Assembly (NCBI GenBank): GCA_020137815.1
Contig: CM035359.1
Coordinates: 7,812,001-7,876,000 of the forward strand
DNA length: 64,000 bases
Direction of reading: 5' to 3'
Source of the DNA: Hormiphora californensis
Taxonomy: Eukaryota > Animalia > Ctenophora
Below are positions 44,036-64,000 of this stretch, piece by piece (the stretch's first letter is position 1; the number at the start of each line of letters is the position of its first letter). A program made the position numbers and the translations under genes. The notes under the pieces were generated by a model. That model saw nothing but the letters and a program-made list of their open reading frames with translations. It was not told the DNA's origin and ran no database searches.

Positions 44036-45559
44036 CCTTACTCTCGCTAATTAAGAAACGCTTTAGGAAGAAATTTTTTTATAAGAAACGGGAAATGTGG
44101 AAACACATTAAATAAGACACCCCAAAATAAGAAACTCCCCCAAGAAAGTAAGAAACCCCAAAAATAAGAAACGCAAAAATAAGAAACCCCAAAAATAAGA
44201 AACGCAAAAATAAGAAACCCCAAAAATAAGAAACCCAAAAATTAAGAAACCCCAAAAATAAGAAACCCCAAAAATAAGAAACCCAAAAATTAAGAAACCC
44301 CAAAATTAAGAAACCCCAAAATTAAGAAACTCGAAAAATAAGAAAGTAGAAACCCCAAGAATAAGAAACTCGAAAAATAAGAAACCTAATTAGGGGAGGG
44401 CCTCAAAAAGCCCTAAAATGGACATTTTTGACAATACAGACCAAATGCGGCTATTTCGAAGGTGTAGTCAAAATTTCAGCTCTAACGGTTGACAGGTTAC
44501 GAAATGGTGGCCGGAATAAGAAAGCTGAGACAAGGGGGTTAAACACAACACAAAACAACTGCAATGAACTGCTTGTGTGTAAACACTCAGAACTGTTGCA
44601 GAATGCAGAGGCCCGTTTCTTATCTCTGTTTTCAAGATGGGTGTGTCGCCCTGCTTTCTCTCCCAATCTCTCTTCAGTCTTCCTATCTCGTCCTCTTTTT
44701 CTTTCTTTATCATTGATGATGTCTGCGTGTGTGTGTTAGAGAGAGAGAGAGCGAGATTGGGAGAGAAAGCAGGGCGACACACCCATCTTGAAAACAGAGA
44801 TCTCTAAGAAACGGGCCTCTGCATTCTGCAACAGTTCTGAGTGTTTACACACAAGCAGTTCATAGTCTAAATAGTCTTAACAACATTTTACCTAGTTTAA
44901 ATTGCGTTATTTTGCCGCATTTGGTCTGTGTTGTCAAAAATGTCCATTTTAGGGCTTTTTGAGGCCCTCCCCCTAATTAGGTTTCTTATTTTTGGGGTTT
45001 CTTAATTTTGGGGTTTCTTAATTTTGGGGTTTCTTAATTTTGGGGTTTCTTATTTTTGGGGTTTCTTAATTTTGGGGTTTCTTAATTTTGGGGTTTCTTA
45101 TTTTTGGGGTTTCTTATTTTTTGGGTTTCTTAATTTTGGGGTTTCTTAATTTTGGGGTTTCTTAATTTTGGGGTTTCTTAATTTTGGGGTTTCTTATTTT
45201 TGGGGTTTCTTATTTTTGGTTTCTTATTTTTTTAGTTTCTTAATTTTGGTTTCTTATTTTTTCAGTTTCTTAATAAACGAGAGAGTTTCTTATTTTTATG
45301 GTTTCTAAATTTTGGGGTTTCTTGTAAAAAAGTTTATTACAGTCGGACCCCGATTTAACGGCCCCCGATTTAGCGGCACCCCGATTTAACGGCAGCATAA
45401 TCTTCCCCCGATATAGGAAATCAACAGTATTTAACCCCGATTTAGCGGACACCCCGATTTAACGGACAAAACCCTTTCCCCCGAGGGTGCCGTTAAATCG
45501 GGGTCCGACTGTATTTAAAAGTTTCTTGAAATATGCGAGCTTAATTAACGAGAGTAAGG
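44036..45559. mobile_element. Foldback element with 16-17 bp AAGAAACCCCAAAA(A)T tandem arrays in its inverted arms
   Basis: TA|CCTTACTCTCG(C/T)TAATTAAG TIR; central palindrome ~44380-44990; a MITE is inserted at 45340-45511. Confidence 0.8.
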
Positions 45560-46860
45560 TATATTGTTTTGTTCAAACTTTTTTATTTCCGGGGAGGGAT
45601 TGCCAGGTAAAATAAAAGAGTTTGTACAAAACAAGGGAGGGAGGGTCGAACAAGGCAAATAATATATGAGATAACGCGAATATAATTTCTAAATACGAAT
45701 TTAAGTAGTATATAAAATGAGTTCTCCGATTAGTTTCACCCAAGATTTCTAATCTCGCAGCAAATTGCAAAACTAAAAAACATCTGGAATTTATGACACA
45801 TGACAGTGTAAATTTTGACAGTGTAGGGTAAACCGGGGCAATTCGAACCATCGGGACAATTCGAACCATGTGCTGCCCGTCTCTCACCTAGTTAAGCTGT
45901 CATAATGACGACATCCTATCTCCAGAAGAAAACTGCTGGTTCGAGCCTGCCCGTTACCACTAAAAAGGCTCTAGATCCGGTTTATGTTGGCCAATTTCAG
46001 ATTCGAAAAAACTAGCTGAAAGCTAACAATATTAGCTTTCAGATGGTATAAAAATTATTTGAATATTCGCATGTTTTCATTCCAAATTCTGGTAAATTAA
46101 GACCACCGGGGCAATTCGAACCGGGACAATTTGGTTAGGACACCGGGGCAATTTGGGGGAGGGATTTTTTGGGATAACTCCTTAACCGTAGGTTTATAGC
46201 CACTATAATCGAAGCAGAATTTCACGTCGAGAAAGATGATTGTATTTTTTTGTTCTAGACCGTTCTTGAAACCCATAAAAGCCAAAAAACCAAAAAATCT
46301 AAAAATCGTAAATTTAGGATTTGAGCATTAAAAATTTTATGACTTCTTAATTAGGTGAGATTCCATGAGGTTGGGGGTTGAAATTCTAGGAAGAAAGGGG
46401 GTCCATTGGAGGTTGACGGTTGGGACTTTATCTGCTCTCTATTGATGGGAGGTTGAAGATAGATAATAGAAGTTGCTCCAAAAGACTCAGGCTGAGAAGA
46501 AGAAGAGGATAGGATAAAGATGGAATGCAGTCCATATTATGTCCAATTTCCCGAGCGTGTATTGCTGGAGCCAACTCACGTCACTCAAATGTTGATGCAG
46601 ACAATAAAATGAAAAATATGCAGTTTTTTGTACTTGGTACAATGTACAAAATGATAATTGCATTGAAAAATAACAATTAAAAGTGAGGTTCTATCCCCGT
46701 CTTTCTGCATGCATGCCCATCTTTCTCTTGCTAAAATATTTTCCTTCTTTCTTTATAAATAAAATAACAAGAATAACCTTACTACCACCCATTGCACCAG
46801 AAGGGTACCAATCAGTAATCACATCAGTTACTGCACCGATATATATGTAATAAACAGCAA

Positions 46861-51114
<4,254 letters not shown>

Positions 51115-53788
51115 GTTTGTAGAGGGGTGTGTGTGTTCGGGTGTTCCTGCATCCGGCGATTACAAGGATAAACAAGGAGGAGGGGAGTTAATACAACTGG
51201 TCGACTTCCACTTACTGTCAGAGACAAAACAAATCATAGTAGCCGAGTTTTAAACATTTAATCACATACACATGATGAAATTAATTTATATGGATATAAT
51301 GGTGTCATCCCTATTAAAAATTAGTTAGTTATAACTTGTAAGTGTTTCCACACAATAATATGCTCCTGACCTGCATCCTTGTGGGAGGATGTATACGGCG
51401 GTGGAGGAGCTCTAGATCGATCAGAAGAGGCAGCAGGACTTTGAAGGGCTGATGTGGGGTACCGGCTCACGTAATGTGGTCCCTGGAGAAAAGAATGGGG
51501 TGAGATTCTGGAATCAGGGTCGGGCAACCTATAGCCTCCACCTACCTATTGCCTAGGTAAAAGTCTGACCTCTTCTACATTTTCCAATTCCCTCTCCCAA
51601 ATTCTCAATCGACCTCTCTCCCACTCATTATCCCGGTCTCAAGAACACCATCTAAATCGACCCACTAGGGCTATCTCACACAGTAACATAGTGTGGCACT
51701 ATTATTGCCTAAAGAAATCCCTCTTACCATTGTGTGAGGAGGATCCTGTGGGCGGGGGTAGGCATTAACTGAACTTGCTCGATGGGTAGTGGTGTAACCG
51801 GCACTAGCAGAGCCTCTAGCGTGCACCGATCTAAAATAAACAAAATACAATTAAATATATGATAGACGTGTTTTTTGGAGGCCGCGGCCCTAATAATATA
51901 AGTATCAGCGGGTGAAAATTTGTCTGATATACCCTGCCCGCTATAAAAAGCATGGATGTTTTTGCCGCTAAAACTTATTTTCAATAAATCCTTGCTTATA
52001 TAAAGTAGGTATAACCCCCTAGCCCTTTGGTCGGGTTTCATACCATATACCACCGTCCCTGCTTCGTATGGCGGGCAGTATATGGTGTAGCGAATCACCC
52101 TAGCGGGCTGTGGTTGATATACCATTACCAATAGGACCGAATAACCAACCGTTATCGTTAAAAAATTGAACTTTATCGTGGATCTAAACTGCACCTGGTT
52201 TCTGAACGAGGGTAGTATCCCACAGAGACTGAGTGTCTATCTAATACCATTTGTTGCTCGTACATTTTCTGTTGGGGTTTCAAAAGTAAGGAATTGCCAA
52301 TAACGCACTGACGCTTGTAGTTAGACGCTTGTAGTTAGACCGTAGTTAAACCGTATTTGAAACACTATTAGATGGCGACCACACCTTCATGTCTAGAAAA
52401 TGTGCATCATTGCTGGGTCTGTGTGTTATCTAGTACGGTAGTTAAATATTTTTTTCTAACTGCAAGTATCACTGGCTTAGAGACGGTGGGAAAATTTGGT
52501 CAATGGTCACATTATATGAGACTGGAAATATTGCGATTTTTAAGTTAAACCTTGTTTCGGTTGTCGGTTGGTTGTAGGGGCCACGTTATTGAATGTGCGT
52601 CGTGTGATTAGTGTAGAAGCCACTAGTCCAAATTGCCCCTTATCTCGCGATCAAAAATATTCAGCTAACTAAAAGTTATGTTTCGATGTAAATTTGTTTT
52701 AAGGCTCAAGATAAAGGTTCAGTTGCACAAATGGAGTAGCTAACTAAACATGGCGCTTGAAATACCAATTGAATGCCAAAAGTGGTCCAAATTACCCCTG
52801 TATACTCTAAGCCTCTTTAAAAAATAAAACCAGTTATTAGTCTGGTACTTATCATATTATATAAGGAGTCTTCTAGTATATTATATGACGTATGCAATAG
52901 TTAAAAACTCTGAAAATCAACAAACTGTTGAACACTGCACTGAACAGTATACATCAGTTAAGTGGCAGCCTGAAGTGGTACTACTCTTTAATTAAATACT
53001 GGTCAGATTATACATCTATATAAATATATTATTGAAACACTATACAACAGCTGTTGGAGAAACGGGAACCCGAGCCGTAACTAATTCCCTCATCTACACA
53101 CCCGAGCTCTCTCTCTTTCTTTCTCATTAATCTCGTACTGTTTGTGTGTAGGGGAGCAGGTGGCCGACGGGGAGCAGTGCTATTGGCCAGCGAGCGAATC
53201 TCCCCCGCTACCATTGGTGAGTGTTGTTTTGGCGGGTAGATGCAGCTAACGTACATTTTCAGCGAGGACGTGAAGAGATGAAAAAGGAAAAAAACAGCTC
53301 GGGGAAGGACTGTCTAAACAGCAAATTCTTGATCAACTGACATGACTATGCGTTGAGAAGGACAGTCAACGAAGCTTTGGAAGGGAAGGGAACCTCGGGG
53401 TGGGGAAGGGAACCTTAGGAAGCTGAAGAGAAGGCGGGATTGGAGCCAAAGTTCGGCTAATGTCACCATAATGAGCCACTACGTTCTACCATTGCCGAGT
53501 GAAAGCTTGCATTTTGCGAACAAATGTTTTGACAAAAATACGACAACAAATTTTGCTAAAAATATGGAAAATTTTAACCGAACTGTACACACAAATAAAC
53601 CCTACATATCAAAACACACAATATCATACACTCCTGAATTGTGATGAATTATATCAAACTGCACGGAAAAATTTCACACCTTCCGTTTCATTCTTCTGAT
53701 CTTACACACTTATTAAACGTATCCTGCGTATTTCAGTCCCAAATCTTAGAATTGTATCCAACAGACACACACCCACACACACTCATCC

Positions 53789-53887
<99 letters not shown>

Positions 53888-54195
53888 GGATGTTGAAGCG
53901 CGGGGGGGGGGGCTGGGTCGAGTCCATAACCCATGCTACTGCGAGCTGATAGGTTGGATGAATGTTGACCTAGGGAAGCGATCATAAACAAAACTATCTG
54001 AGGCTATAACTGTCTAAACATGATTCTCTCTCACACACAAAAACTGTCTCTCTCATGAGGGAGGCCGGGCGGAGCTACGTAAACCCCGACGAGATCTTCT
54101 TGTGTCCTTCTTCTCCATCATTTCTCTCTGTCTCGCGTGATACATCCGCATTCAAGCGAGTTCTGTATCTTTATTTAATTTATCTCTCTGAATCT

Positions 54196-63435
<9,240 letters not shown>

Positions 63436-64000
63436 GTTGTTCAGAGAGAGAAGAGGGACCCTGGTACACCTAGAAACAGTAGTAGTTATAATTTAGATAA
63501 GCTTATATTATATTATATACATTATATATCTTATATAGTAAGATAATTAAAAAAAGTTCATAAATATATGGTATCCATATTCTATATTTTTCTATGCTGC
63601 AAGATGTGTAGCGGTCACTGGAGAATACAGAATCGGCAGATTAATCTAGAGTATCCTGATTTATTTTTAATTTGAGAAATTATAATTAAGGCGGCGAGAA
63701 GTAATTATCAAAACTCTTTAAGGGCAGTTTCAAATAACTGATTGCCAATTTACGATTAAAAGTATGCACAATTTAGGCTACTAACTTTTATAGGCTTCAG
63801 ACCGCGTGACAGCTCACACGTAACAACTGTGTCGCTGTAACTAGTATAATGACACACACACAGGAAACAGGGAAACTGCAGTCACAATCACGATAAGCTC
63901 GCTCAACTTGGTCCTCAGGGAAACAAGGGCAACGTGACCAGGGAGGTAGTCACGTGATATATGTCACGTGCGTGATAACAAGTAGTGCCATTGAGAGAAG

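Noticed and set aside
51244-51290. Third SL-like sequence upstream of Six1/2
   Set aside because: Only patchy AT-rich similarity and no terminal TTGAG; likely chance.

Overview
Eukaryotic (animal) genomic DNA with short GT-AG introns and very many MITE, foldback and retroelement remnants. It is probably a cydippid ctenophore, judging from a 34-42 nt motif I recall as the ctenophore spliced leader (SL); this needs checking. Five host genes were reconstructed by hand, all on the minus strand: (1) an intron-containing divergent histone H3, a CenH3 candidate (3 exons seen, 3' end not found); (2) a complete 27-exon AP-2 alpha-adaptin (~978 aa); (3) a small 2-exon multi-CX9C protein ending only 125 bp upstream of the AP2A start; (4) a 6-exon Six1/2 homeobox gene (~333 aa); (5) a ~15-exon secreted, probably GPI-anchored protein with ~8 divergent sushi/CCP modules. 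The 23.7-46.4 kb region is a transposon graveyard (CRE-like RLE retroelements, a CR1-type ORF1, a Kolobok-like element carrying a 343-bp satellite, nested MITEs), part of it visibly low-quality consensus. The most striking observations are: an SL-like sequence fused to a minimal hammerhead ribozyme inside a TSD-flanked insert in Six1/2 intron 1; the same SL-like sequence at the 5' end of a LINE; an operon-like gene arrangement; and three separate duplications of splice-acceptor/exon junctions within AP2A.
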